From the NCBI GenBank assembly GCA_025603075.1, contig MU626281.1:1-64000 (forward strand): DNA of 64,000 nt, read 5' to 3'. Below are positions 37,905 through 52,287 of the stretch, in pieces. The position numbers were made by a program, and so were the translations under genes. How positions within the stretch are numbered: the first letter of the stretch is position 1; the number at the start of each line of letters is the position of its first letter. This DNA is from Neoconidiobolus thromboides FSU 785. Lineage: Eukaryota > Fungi > Entomophthoromycota. The notes below the pieces were generated by a model. It was not told the origin of the DNA and searched no databases. It saw only the letters and a program-made list of their open reading frames with translations.

Positions 37905-38752
37905 TATTTATTAATCAAATTGTTATAAAAAAAATCTAGTGGATGTTTTATATACTTTAGAAATAGGATTTGGTGATTTATTAGTTGAGATTTTAAAGCA
38001 ATAATTGAGAATTAAGTAATATATTAGGTTATTTTCAATTCTTAGTAACAAGATTGATTGTAAGTTTGATTTATTCTATTTTATTTTAACATAGATTTTG
38101 ATCTTTATAACGTTGATATGTTTATCTTAGAACAGTGTAGTTTTAACCATTGTAAACTTTATTTTCACTTATAGAAGTCGATATGTCCTATTTCTATCTC
38201 TTAAAATTTTAAAGTTTAAGACTATTTTGATAACTAATTGAGGATTTAAACCTTTTTTAAGGTTAAAACAATATCAAAGTGTTCTAATTTAATTGATAGT
38301 TTAATAATTATTTTACAAATAGTCCAGTTAAGTTTGGTTTTTTGTCTTTGTAATTGAGATAATAATTGTTTATTGTAATAGTAAGCTTTCGTTTTATATA
38401 ATAATAGGGTAAATAACAAATAGATAACTCACCTGATTAACAAAAAAAGGTTTATTATTTATTTAAAAGTAATTCAAAAACTAATATCTAAAAAGATCAG
38501 ATACTGTTTCAAGTATTATACAAATTTTTGAATGAATTATTTATATAAATATATATATTAATAAAGAAATTTCTTAACATTTTATAAATCATAAGATTCC
38601 CTAGAACAATAATAATTTAATAAAATGATTAATAATTAGAGTACATATGAGAACTAAAACTAAAATTTTGTTAAATTTTTCTGATAATAATAACAAAATA
38701 AATAGTAAACAAAACTATTATTTTTTTAAATATAAAATAAAACTCAACTTTA

Positions 38753-39352
38753 TTAAACTGAAAGAGTTGCAATAATAACAAGCAAAGCGGAAGCTGGATA
38801 GAGATTAAGAAGATAAGAATTGGATGTAGTTGAGTTAGTTTTACTTTTAGTATTAGAAGTTGAAGTGGAACTTTTAGTAAAGCTTGATTTTTCAGTTTCT
38901 TTAGAAAGATCTTGAGAAGTTGAGGTTTGTTTACTTTCATATGTTTTGGATAGTTCTTGAGAACTTAAATCTGAGCTTGTTTCCATTGATTCGATTGATG
39001 AAGTTGGATTATTACTAGTTTGTATAGATCCCGTATTAGAAGTAGATTGATCAACAGTTTTATCAGTAGTTTGAATACTATCATCAGTTACTTTCGTTTC
39101 TGTTGAACTTTCAATTTTGGTTGGACTTTCAGATTCATTAATTGGGGTGGGTTGTTTATTGACTTCTGATAAAGTTGGTTGGAGCTCTGATTTAGAATCG
39201 CTTACTTTAGTAATATCCGGTGTATTTGGAGGGTCTACATTATAGCCAGTATAAGTAGAATCGGAAGTAGGATAGGCCTGCTTTTGATGATTATTCTCAT
39301 GGGCAATTATAGTTGCAATCAATGCAAGTAAGATTAATTGATAATATTTCAT
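38753..39352 (-). CDS. Ser/Thr-rich secreted protein with GPI-type C-terminus (GPI3, 199 aa)
   Basis: Signal peptide MKYYQLILLALIATIIA, S/T/E/K-rich body, and C-terminal SNS...PASALLVIIATLSV. Confidence 0.82.
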   Translation of the reverse strand: MKYYQLILLALIATIIAHENNHQKQAYPTSDSTYTGYNVDPPNTPDITKVSDSKSELQPTLSEVNKQPTPINESESPTKIESSTETKVTDDSIQTTDKTVDQSTSNTGSIQTSNNPTSSIESMETSSDLSSQELSKTYESKQTSTSQDLSKETEKSSFTKSSTSTSNTKSKTNSTTSNSYLLNLYPASALLVIIATLSV

Positions 39353-40260
39353 CTTTTGGAGTATTTTTAAAAAAAAGGTACTATTTTGGAAGAACTGTAG
39401 TATTTATACTTATGATTTTATTTTTTGTTATTCTATCATTTTATTATTTTATTATTTTATTATAACAGAGGTGTTGAAGACCCAGGCTATTAAGAATACT
39501 TAATTTATTAAAATCAATTTGCTGGAACATACTTAATTAAAGTGGATTTCATTGTTAGTAAGTGAATTTTATAATAAAGTTAAGAGAATTGATTAATAAA
39601 TTAAATATTCAATTGTTATAATAGAATTTTGATTGTTTGATTGTTTCATGAGTAAATATTCGATATTGATTTTTATTTTATTTATAAATAAGTCCTATTA
39701 ATATAATTATTTAGTAATAATAACTTAAATTATTAAAACTTAAAAAACTACTTTCATTTATTAAGTTAATATTGAACTGTTTTATTTAAATTAATGATTT
39801 TTTATTATTAATATCAAAATATAGCTAATTAATGTATTTTATATACAAAGTATACGAGCAATTGAATTTCTCTTCCTTTGGACTCCCTCTATTGAGATCA
39901 ATTTTATTATTTATTTTCAAAACTATGCTTTTAAACCTTATTAGCTTCATTTAGGAAGAGTATAAGACCTCCCACTATCGTTGGTCAAACATTGAGACTT
40001 ATTTTATCTTACTTTATATCAATTAATAAATTGATACGCTTATTGGACTTAAGGGCTTTGAAGTCTTTAGGACATATAATATTGACCAGTCGATTATTTG
40101 AATTAGAAGATTTAACCTAAATTTTGGGCAAAAATCACCATTTTAAAAAAATTGAATTAACTTAATTAAGTCAATTAACAAATGAACTATTTATCTTAGA
40201 GTTACGTGGAATTGAATAATTAAAAATAAACTCAAATTTTATTTTTATTTTCTTACAAAA

Positions 40261-42292
40261 ATGCGTTCAAGTTTTAAACTATTATTATTCAATTGTTTAG
40301 TTTCCATTATTCTTAGCGAAGAACCCAACTATCTTAGAGGGGTACCACCACATAGTAAGTAATTAATCTATGTCTCGTTGATTTTGTCTTTTTTTAATAC
40401 TAATGTATTGTTTTTTTATAAATAGAGGTTAATTTATATAGTCAAGATCCTAATAAATTCGCATGTTTTGATAATCCCACTAAATTAATGGATATCAAAG
40501 TAGTTAATGATGATTACTGTGATTGTAAAGATGGGTCAGATGAACCAGGTAAATAAGAAAATAATGATAAATAGATTAAATGAATTACTGAATCAACTAA
40601 TATAAAAAACCAATATAGGAACCTCTGCTTGTCCAAATAGTACCTTTTATTGTGATAATGAAGGGCATATACCAGCAACAATATTATCATCAAGAGTTAA
40701 TGATGGTATTTGTGGTAAGTTTTTTTTGGAAAATTTTTATGTTATTTTTGATTTGTAACTATTAAATATTTATAATGTAGATGAAGCTTGTTGTGATGGT
40801 AGTGATGAATATGATGGTAAAATCCAGTGTCCTAATCGTTGTAAGGAACTAGCAGAAAAAGCTAATAAGGAATTAAATCAAAAGAAAGAAATTTTAAAAA
40901 AGGTATTTGGTTCTTTTCATTTGAATAATATAGAATTACATAAATATTTATAATAATAGGGCTTAGAAAAAAAAACCGAATATATTAAAGAATATTCTGT
41001 ATTAAAAGAAAAATTTGAAACTCAAATTGTAGAGATTAAAAAAGAAATTGATCAAGCTAAATTAAAAGTAGAAGAGTTAAAGAGTAGGTCTTTTTTATTA
41101 TGTTTCAATTAATAATTATTTAAATAATTTAATTTAATTAATTTAATCTATAGAAATTAAAGAAGAAAAAGAAGCAATTGAGAATCAGGCTGAAAAAGAT
41201 CATCGTAAATTTCAATTCATTTCAATTTGTGTATTTTCATATTAATCTCCATTATAGAAGCAAGTGCCTCTACACGTGCCAATTTATTAGAAAATCAAGT
41301 ATCAACATTAAAATCGATTATTGAAGAATTACAAGAAAAAATTGAGCATTTAGATAATGTTTTAAAAGATTTGAAATTAAATCATAATCAAAATTATCAT
41401 GATATGGCAGTTAAAGGAGCAATTACAGCTTACAACGAATTTCATGAATCATATAATAAAATCGATATGAATAATGATGAACGATTTAAAATTATTGATC
41501 CTCAATCAGAAGTCAAAGATAGTAGTAATCAAGGTGAGAGTTTTGGATTTAATAAGAATATTATAAATAATTTTAAAACTATTATTAATGTTTATTATAC
41601 ATCTATCAAATATAATTTATTAAATTTTATTTATCCATTTTCTACTACCATTGTCACAGATGCTTCCAATGCAAGAACAGAATTATGGAATGCAGAGTCT
41701 ACTTTAAGTAATAAAGAATCCGAATTAAAATCTATTGAAGATAAATTAACAATGGATTATGGGCCATTAAATTCTTATGCTTATTTAAATGAAAAATGTT
41801 TTGACAAAACACAAGGGGATTATGTTTATACAGTTTGTATTTTTGGTGATGCTCATCAAAAATCTAATAATGGAGAAAACATATTTTTGGGGTAAAACTA
41901 GATTATTTATAAAATTTATTATAAAGTAGTAATAACAAATTGAAATTATTTAGTAAATTTTCATCTTGGTCTAATAAATCTTATCAGCAACAAGATTATA
42001 CTGGTGGTACTCAATGTTGGAACGGTCCTCAAAGATCTGTTAAGGTAAATATTTGGAATCCTATTTAATAGTTAATTATTTAACAAACAAATTCAATTAT
42101 TTGATTTATTGAACTTTTTATTTATTTTAGCTCTTCTTAACTTGTGGTATTGAAGAATTAATTACTGAAATTACTGAACCTGAGAAATGTGAATATCACT
42201 TTCATATGACTACACCTGCTGCTTGTGAAGAGAAAGAGATTGAAAATGAAAAAATTGGGAATGATAATATCATTGAACATGATGAGCTTTAA
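40261..42292 (+). CDS. GTB1: Glucosidase II beta subunit (PRKCSH/Gtb1), multi-exon
   Basis: Signal peptide; [21 protein letters not shown] and [15 protein letters not shown] Cys-rich repeats; coiled coil; MRH domain ([20 protein letters not shown]); C-terminal HDEL stop at 42290-42292; short GT-AG introns. Confidence 0.95.
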
Positions 42293-42664
42293 ATTGAAGA
42301 AGTGAAGTTTATGTTATGATTAAAGATTTAGAGTGAATAAGTTTTTAATAAAACTTTAAGTATTCAACAAGGTATACATTTTTAAAATGATTTCTTTTTC
42401 AAAAGATGAATTAAATAATTAATTAAACAATGATTTTAATATTTGAAAAAATCAAAAAATTAGTAATTGAATAAATTCTACAATTTCTGAAATCTAAAAG
42501 TACTGAAAGTTGATTTTCATTACTTCTGTTTTTTAACATTTGTGAAAACACATAGAATCAAGTTTAAAAGCTTTATAATATCACTAAAAGTCATTACAAA
42601 AAGATAACCAAATACTGTGCTTTTTTATTAAATATTCATATCTATTAAGTTGATTATTTTAACC

Positions 42665-42952
42665 TTATTTTTCTGTAGATTTACTTTGAGTCTGAGCTTC
42701 GTTTTGGTCACTATTTACATTAGCTTTTGTTTTAATGATTTCTATCCTCTGATTTCCTTCTTCCTTTTTATTCTCTTTGGGAATTAAATCATTATTCCTA
42801 TATAAATTTAATTAATTCAATTCATAATTATCAAAAAAAATAAACAATCACCTTGCAGCTTCTTGAATAATAGGTTGAAAGATATAATTACCCGAAATAA
42901 CACCAACTAATACAGCAATTAATAAAGGTGCTTTGCCTCGAAATCCACTCAT
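42665..42952 (-). CDS. Two-exon single-TM microprotein, PIGBOS1-like (about 77 aa); absent from the ORF track
   Basis: Exon 1 42952-42852 (MSGFRGKAPLLIAVLVGVISGNYIFQPIIQEAA), GT-AG intron 42851-42798, exon 2 in frame to TAA at 42665-42667. LLxAxxxGxxxGxYIFQP resembles human PIGBOS1 as I recall it. Confidence 0.72.
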
Positions 42953-43918
42953 TTCTAGTTGATAATATTCAAAAATAGTCTAACAAATGTATAAAACTAT
43001 CATCTATATTATTGGTACGAATAACCTATTCTAAAAGTAACTATATTGTATGTCATTGGTGTATATTTTCAAATGCAAAATTTCATAGTGTATTAATGAA
43101 TATCACTAAAAATGGTTGACCTCAAAATCTATAAATTACATCAATCTTTACCAAGAAACAAAGTTCAGCCAATCAATTTTAATAATTTTTATACTCATCA
43201 GGTTTATTAAATTGAAAATAATTGTAACCCCATAATCTCACCCTTTAAAATTAGGTTAAAATATCTGCCCAAAAATTAGATTTAGATTATTTCTATAATC
43301 TTAATCCAATTTAAACGTAGATTGAACATATTTAATTTTATATTTTCTAAGTTTAGTTTAAGTTAGTTTTTCTATTTTTATACTTAATAAATACAAATTT
43401 GAATTTTAAATTTACTTTTAAATTGAATCAATAAAAGCTTCTTTTTAATTTGCTCAATAAAAAGCCACATGGAAGTAAAATTCCATTCAAACGTAACAAT
43501 TCCTCATAAAATTGAAAATATTTGTTAACCCAATGATAAAGCGTAAAATTTTCAATGAAAATGCTTACGAATATATTTGAAATAAAAGAGTTAAAAGCAA
43601 GAAAATCGAGTATATGGGATGAGTGATAAAGTTTATGTAATGAATGATTATAAGATCATATCAATTAAGTTATAATTGATTGAAATTAATTCAATGGTAT
43701 TGAAATAACGCGCTCCTAAGTAAGGGGAATTTATAAAATAAATAAAAATTATTTGTCCAAGTGATTTTTAATAGCCAATGAAATTAAAATAATATTTATG
43801 CATGAACCAGTTTGGAACTCAACAAAATCTGCCAATCAATTAATCAACATTTAAAACTAGAATCTTAAAAAAAGTATAAAAACAGCATAATATAATTTAA
43901 AAAAAAATCAAATATTTA

Positions 43919-46900
43919 ATGTTTACTCAACTTGTATTTAAAAGTGAATATTACCCCGTATTAATACGAGAAGTGTTATGTCGAGTGGGTGATAAAGTTA
44001 AAAAAGATGATAATATTGTACTATATGAATATGATTTACCCGTGATGAAATGTATCACTGAAGATCCTTTTGGTCCCATGAAACAAGTAGGTGTTAAAAC
44101 GATGTTTGATTATTTTAAGGCAAGGACGGATGGTGTTATCCATGATGTTTCTATTAAAGAAGATGATATTATTGAATATCCGGAGTAACTTTGATTATAT
44201 TCATTTGATAACTTGTAATTAACATTTAATAGACATCCAGCATTCACACTAAAAGTCGATTGTAATCACTCAATAATATTCCATGGTATGTGTGGTCATT
44301 GTGGAAAAGATATAAATGAGTAAGAATCTATTAGAATTTAATTAGAATTTTTTTTTAATATTAATATTTTAGTTTGGATCTTGACCTTCAATATACAGAT
44401 GAATTTATACCTGTTTCACATGATTCTAATGAACTAAGGATAAGTTTACATGTAAGTTTACTATGCAAATGATTTATTATTTTACTTATTTTAAATTTAT
44501 AGAAAGCTAAAGAAGAGGGGAAAAAACATATGATTGATTTATTAACACGAAAGAGACTTATACTTATACTTGATTTGGATCAAACGGTTATTCAAGCTAA
44601 TACCAACCCAATAATTGGTGAATATATGAAAGAGGAGAATAATCCAAATTATGAAGCATTAAAAGTAAATTAATTATTTTATAATAGTAATAATAATTCA
44701 TTACTTATAATATTATAGGATATAAAAACATTTCAACTTTCACCACCTGATCCAAATACTTATTATATCAAACCTCGGTAAAAATAAGAATATTTGATAT
44801 AATATTTTAAAATAAAACTAATAATTAAATAACAGTCCTGGATTAAGTGATTTTTTAAATTCATTATATCGTCGATATGAAATTCATGTGTATACAATGG
44901 GAACAAGGAATTATGCGGAACAAGTATGTAATGTTATTGATCCAAATAAGATTTATTTTGGTGATAGAATTATATCAAGGGATGAAAGTGGATCCGATAA
45001 GAAAAAAACAATTGAAAGATTATTTCCAGTTGGTAAATCTATGGTAGTTGTAGTAGATGATAGATACGATGTTTGGGATTGGGTTCCTAATATTGTTAGA
45101 ATTTGGCCTTGTAATGTTATATTATATTATATTATATTTAAATATTGATTTGGTTTATTTATTTAGATGATTTTTTTGGAAATGGAGATATAAACGGAGA
45201 ACAATTTAAGAATACGGTATGTGTTTTTATAATATATAAAATGTCGATGCCTAATTAAATTAAATAGCCTGTATTGAAAACAGAAACTAAAAATCCAAGA
45301 ATTATTGAACCTGGACAAGAAGACAATAATAATAATAAAGGTAAACTTAATTTGTTTGTCGCTGAATTTAAGTTAATTATAAAAAGAATGCAATGATTTA
45401 GAAACCTTTATTTTCCATTCATTCAATTTTATTCTTTTGGATATTAAATAGCTTACATTAGCGATTGAAACGTTAATAGAAGTAATATTTTTAAATATTG
45501 AAATTAATTTTTATTCTATTTAGATCAAAAAGAAAATTCTTCTATGTTCGTTGATAATGACGATCATTTAAAATATACTCTAAAGGTAATTATTTAATAA
45601 ATTCATAAGATTAATTTAATAATAATAATATATTAGACAATTTTGAAAGTTCATAAGGAATTTTATAAAAATCATGAATTAAATATAGCCGATGCATTAG
45701 CTTATTTAAATTCCAATCAAGAAGCAAGAGCTTTACCAGATGTAGCTACAATATTAACAGGGCTAAGAAATAATGTATTTAAAAATTGTTTTATTATGTT
45801 TTCCGGTATGTTTCCGTTGGGAAACAGTTATCAAAAAGACGAAACAATAAGGTTAGCTCAATTTTATGGTGCTGAATATGTAGAATCATTCACTTCTCAC
45901 GTGACTCATTTAGTTGCTAATAAGGTAAACTTATTATTATTATAAAATTTAAACTAACAATTTATAATTAGCCCAACACAGAAAAAGTGAAAACAGCCTT
46001 AATGAGGAATGAAGTGTCAATTATAAAAATCGAATGGTTTTATGATTGTATTAAAAAATGGAAGCATTTGAAAGAATTCAAATATAAATTAGAAGGTTTA
46101 CCAAACAATTCAAGTCCAATGGTCACTTCTAAAAAATTTAAAAGTCCGAATACAGCTGAAAACAAACTCTTAACCACAGCTTCTGCTGATGGCAACTTTA
46201 TTCCTACTACACCTGAATTTTATAAGGACCAAGATGAAATGAGAGAAGGTTTAGCTCCACTTACGGATAATAATGCTTCTTATGAAGATATTGAATCAGA
46301 TGCTACTTCCGTACTTACTTCTTTGGTGTCTGAATATGATCCTGATGAATACGACGATGGTGAATATGAGGAGAGTGATGAAGAAGAGGAAGAAGAAGGA
46401 GAAGAGGTAAATGGAGAAGAAGAAGGCGCAGAAATAAATGAAGAGGATTTGGAATTAGATGATGAAAGAGAACTGGAAGAAGAAGATAGTAATGAAAATA
46501 TAATTGAAGCATTATTAGATAGTGAATCCTACAATAGTTATCATCAAAATTCGGATCCAGAACATTATGAGTAAGCTTCTATTTTATACTATTTTCAATA
46601 TTAAAATGTTAATTGTTATTATTGTTATTAGTGAAGAGAATGAGCTATATAGCAATAAAAGGGAACGGCCGTTACCTGATTCAGAAGTTAGGCCAACTAA
46701 AAAATCAATATCAAATAGTCAAGAAAATGGGAGTTTGGAAAGTCAAGAAGAAGAAGAAGAAGAAGATAATCCGTATAAAGATATTGCATTTGGATTAGAT
46801 GAATTTGATATTAGTGAATTAAATGATCCGGAATTAAATAATAATAATAGTAGTAATTTAGATTTAGATTTATATAATGATGTAGATGAGAATATGGAAT

Positions 46901-47507
46901 TTATTATGGCTAATAATAATAATTTAAATGATACAAATTTAGCTATGGAAAATATAAATGACGGAAATTTAAATATGAATGATTTAAATAATATGAATAA
47001 TGTGTTTGATCCCAATCAAATGAATTTAGATATAAATACTATTAATAATGTATTTGATCCTAATTCAATTAATTTAAATATGGAGAATATGTTTCAACAA
47101 AATGAAACGAATTTAAATTTAGAAGGTATTTATGATCCTAATATTGTTGAGTTATTTAGTTTAAATGAAAATGAATTGAGTGATAATATTATAGAGTAAG
47201 TTTATTTAAGTTATAATAATAATAATAATAATTTGTATTAATAATATATTAATTAATTAATTTTATTTCTTATAGAGAAAACAAAGCGAATATAATCCAA
47301 GAAAATTTATCATTAGAAAATACATTGAATAAAGATTTAATTATTGATAATGATAATTTAAATAATAATCAAAGACAGATTAAATTAGAGGAGAATAGTA
47401 CAAACACAAATACAAATAATACCAGTTTAAATTTGCAAAATGACAACAATCCAAATGGAAATAGTTCATCACCAACAAAAAATAAGAATGAAAGTATACA
47501 TAGTTAA
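43919..47507 (+). CDS. FCP1: RNA polymerase II CTD phosphatase Fcp1, multi-exon
   Basis: N-terminal hybrid-motif region, catalytic LILDLDQT (DxDxT), YTMGTRNYA, ISRDESG, VVDDRYDVW, BRCT (FSGMFP...THLVA...WFYDC) and an acidic/Asn-rich tail. Confidence 0.95.
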
Positions 47508-47680
47508 TAATAGAGAATCATATGTAATATTTTTATTAGTTGAAGAAGATAATATGAATGTCAATGTTTGGATCTAAAGAGTAGAGAAGGGAGAATTTCT
47601 TCAGTTATGTTGTTTTGTATATATAATATTAATAAATAAATAAATATACGAAAAAAGATATCAAATTAAGATAATCTATA

Positions 47681-47779
47681 AGGGTGCTTTTTTTTGGTTT
47701 TATCACTTTTTCTATTTTTTGAGCACTGTATGAGAAGAAAAATTATTAATAAATTTCTTAAACAAAATAAGATATCCCC
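47681..47779 (-). mobile_element. MITE copy (reverse, degenerate)
   Basis: AGGGTGCTTTTTTTTGGTTTTATCACTTTTTC...GATATCCCC between FCP1 and the methyltransferase. Confidence 0.65.
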
Positions 47780-47937
47780 TTACATTTTTATTTTATAGTT
47801 AATTTATAACAAAAAAACAAAATTAATAAAGGATAACTATTGATTTGATGACGTATTTTTCATAAAATTCAAATGGATTGAGATTCTAAAATAATAAAAA
47901 TTGATGTTTTTTAAAATAACAAAGAAATTCCTTTAAA

Positions 47938-49036
47938 ATGTATAGAATCCAAAAAATAAGCAAAATTTTAACCCCAAATTTACTATTCTTTCATCGACAA
48001 GTACATACACCCAGCACCTCAACCGAGAATTATTATGAAAATGTAAAAGCCCCCACTACTTCCCTTTCCCTTGATAATCTCATATTAAACTCGACTCAAT
48101 CTCACTATTCTTCTAAAGAAGTATCTAAAATGATCTCAAAAAATTTGGGTTCTTATTTAAAATTTTTAAGTTCTAACAAAGAGATTAATAAAATCTTAGA
48201 ATTAGGTACATTCACTGGGTATTCAAGTAGTTATTTAATAAGTGGTATGAAGAAAAGTATTAAGATTTTAGAGAATTTCAATAACTTAAATGAAACAGAT
48301 AAAATATGGAGTTGTGAAACACGAAACATGATAAAAGAATATAGTGAATGTAAGAGTGTTGGAGATGAAGGACTTATTAAAGAAGGATGGGGTTTTGATA
48401 TTAAAGAAAAGCAAAAATTATTTGTTGGGGTAGATATCAATCTAGAAGCTTTAAAAATAGCAGAATCTTACTTGACTAAAGAAAGAAATAAAGACTTAGA
48501 AATTAAGTTGATTAATCAAGATATTGAGTTATGGTATAGTTAATTATTTGAACTGAAATTGAAATAATTAAACTTTCAATATACATTTTTTAGTTTATTA
48601 AATATACCTAAAGAATTAAAATTTGATCTGATATTTTTAGGTAAATTGAAAGATGTTTAATTAATTTAAAAATATTGAAATTTACTAATTTTTTTAGATG
48701 CTAATAAATCCAAATATTGGGCCTATTATGATTTAATTATTGAAGAAAAATTGTTAACAAAAAATGGTTTACTAATAATTGATAATGGTGAGTTTCAGTT
48801 AAATTAAACATTTCATTATATTATTAATATACATTATATAATTAATAATTAATATTTTAATAGTTTTATTCCATGGTGAAGTACCAAAGATAGAAGATAA
48901 TAATAATAATAATAATGTTAAAAAAGGCATAGCTTATAAATTAAATGAGTTTAATAAAAAAGTAATCAATGATCAACGTACCAATTCTTTTTTATTACCA
49001 AGCTGGGATGGAATTATGTTAGTTAAATATAACTAA
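47938..49036 (+). CDS. SAM-dependent O-methyltransferase (CCoAOMT/COMTD1-like), possibly mitochondrial; multi-exon
   Basis: ILELGTFTGYS, DLIFLDANKSKYWAYY, GLLIIDNVLFHG, and LPSWDGIMLVK ending at TAA 49034-49036. Basic/hydroxylated N-terminus. Confidence 0.88.
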
Positions 49037-49178
49037 TAAATAAAACAAGTACATAATAGAATAAGAGTATAATAAAACAAAATAAAAGTTAAGTATTTAT
49101 TTAAACTGAGTTATTTTATTACATTTATTTATAAATAGACAACGATCACTTCAATTTAATTTTCATATCAACCTCATC

Positions 49179-50887
<1,709 letters not shown>

Positions 50888-51145
50888 CTTATAAAGGAAA
50901 AGGTTAAATCAATTGAACTGATTTGATTTTTTAAATGATGAGATTAGGAAAATAGTGACTAGTTCAAATTTAGCATTTTTAATTCAATTTCAACTTGGAA
51001 TAAAAAATAGAACTATTACTTTAAATAGCAATTATTTTTTGGACTATGTTTTACAACAAAAAAAAACTTTATTTAAACTAATGAAAGTAAATTTACTAAA
51101 ATAAATTAAAAATTAGACCAAGTTAAAAATATAAGTTGTAGATAT

Positions 51146-51239
51146 GGTGATGTATTTTTTTGCCTAAAAATTTTACTAACAATTTTCCCACTCAAATAAC
51201 GCCTAAAAGATGGAAAGATGAAATCAAAAAAACATATCA
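51146..51239 (+). mobile_element. MITE copy (forward), just 3' of tRNA-Gln #1
   Basis: GGTGATG...AAAAAAACATATCA; family core; left flank ATAT. Confidence 0.8.
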
Positions 51240-51256
51240 AAATATTCATAAATATG

Positions 51257-51328
51257 AGGACCCACCGAGAATCGAACTCGGATTACAAGGATCAAAACCT
51301 TGGGTGCTAACCATTACACCATGGATCC
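51257..51328 (-). tRNA. tRNA-Gln(UUG): tRNA-Gln(UUG) copy 1
   Basis: GGATCCATGGTGTAATGGTTAGCACCCAAGGTTTTGATCCTTGTAATCCGAGTTCGATTCTCGGTGGGTCCT: 72-nt cloverleaf, anticodon stem CAAGG/CCTTG, TTG anticodon, A and B boxes. Confidence 0.95.
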
Positions 51329-51929
51329 ATTTTAATTTGTTTGAGATTTGATTAGATTTTTATATAAACTTATGAACATAATTTATGATGTTTTGTTTAG
51401 TAGCAGTAGAAGGTAAAGATGGAGTTGCAAGGCATAAAAGAACAGTCACTAATTTTAGAAAAGATGTACGATCTATAAGAGCCGAAAAAAGGAGAGGGTA
51501 AATCCATGGAGTTTGGAGTCTAGTTTGGATAATGTAAAAGCTTTTTGTTAGGGATTTAGAGCTAAATTGATTTTTGTTTGGTTTTTATACACCATTGTTA
51601 TAATGTTATTGACCCTAAAAGGAGTCAATAAGTTTATATAAATATGGTAGTTAAAGTAACATCCATTGATTGATGTACTTTTCTTTGACTAATTTGCATT
51701 ATAGGTAATATGTTTTGTAATAAATCACTGCTTATATAACTTGGTTATATAAGGGTAAAGACTATGTTAGTGTTGTATTTATCTAAAGTTAAATATTTTA
51801 ACAAATAATCTGGTAAAGCTAGAATGAATGAATAAAACAAAAGTACCATAGCTATTAACTAAATTTGATTTTTAATAATTTTTACAGGAATAACTGTCTC
51901 TTTAATTAAAACTAAATATTTCAGTATAC

Positions 51930-52022
51930 GGGGGTGTATTTTTGTGTAAGAATTTTACTAACAATTTTCCACTCAAGTAGCGCTTAAAAGATGTAAAGAG
52001 TAATTAAGTTAAAAACATCACT
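51930..52022 (+). mobile_element. MITE copy (forward)
   Basis: GGGGGTGTATTTTTG...AAAAACATCACT; family core. Confidence 0.8.
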
Positions 52023-52178
52023 ATATGATTTATAATTATCAACTTGATATAAATCTTGTAAAATTAATGATCGAGTTGTTAATTCAAGTTAGTAAAGATT
52101 ATAAATATTTGTACTGAGTAAAATATATATAAAAACAGCTTAAGCGAATTTAAATAGTTCTAATTAAAATTGCTAAAT

Positions 52179-52283
52179 GGGGAGTCTTTTTTTTGACTTC
52201 ATTGTTTTTTCCATTTTTTAAGCATTATTTAAGCGGAAAATTTGTTAGAATTTGGGATGTATTTTTTTAAAATTTTACTAAAA
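52179..52283. mobile_element. Truncated reverse MITE (52179-52250) joined to a truncated forward MITE start (52254-52283)
   Basis: GGGGAGTC...GGAAAATTTGTTAG then GGGATGTATTTTTTTAAAATTTTACTAA, ending 4-5 nt from the tRNA 3' end. Confidence 0.7.
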
Positions 52284-52287
52284 CAAA

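Noticed and set aside
46315-47015. Small ORFs overlapping the FCP1 tail
   Set aside because: Antisense or off-frame shadows of acidic and Asn-rich exons.
51160-51351. 63-aa plus-strand ORF
   Set aside because: Composed of a MITE plus the antisense of tRNA-Gln.
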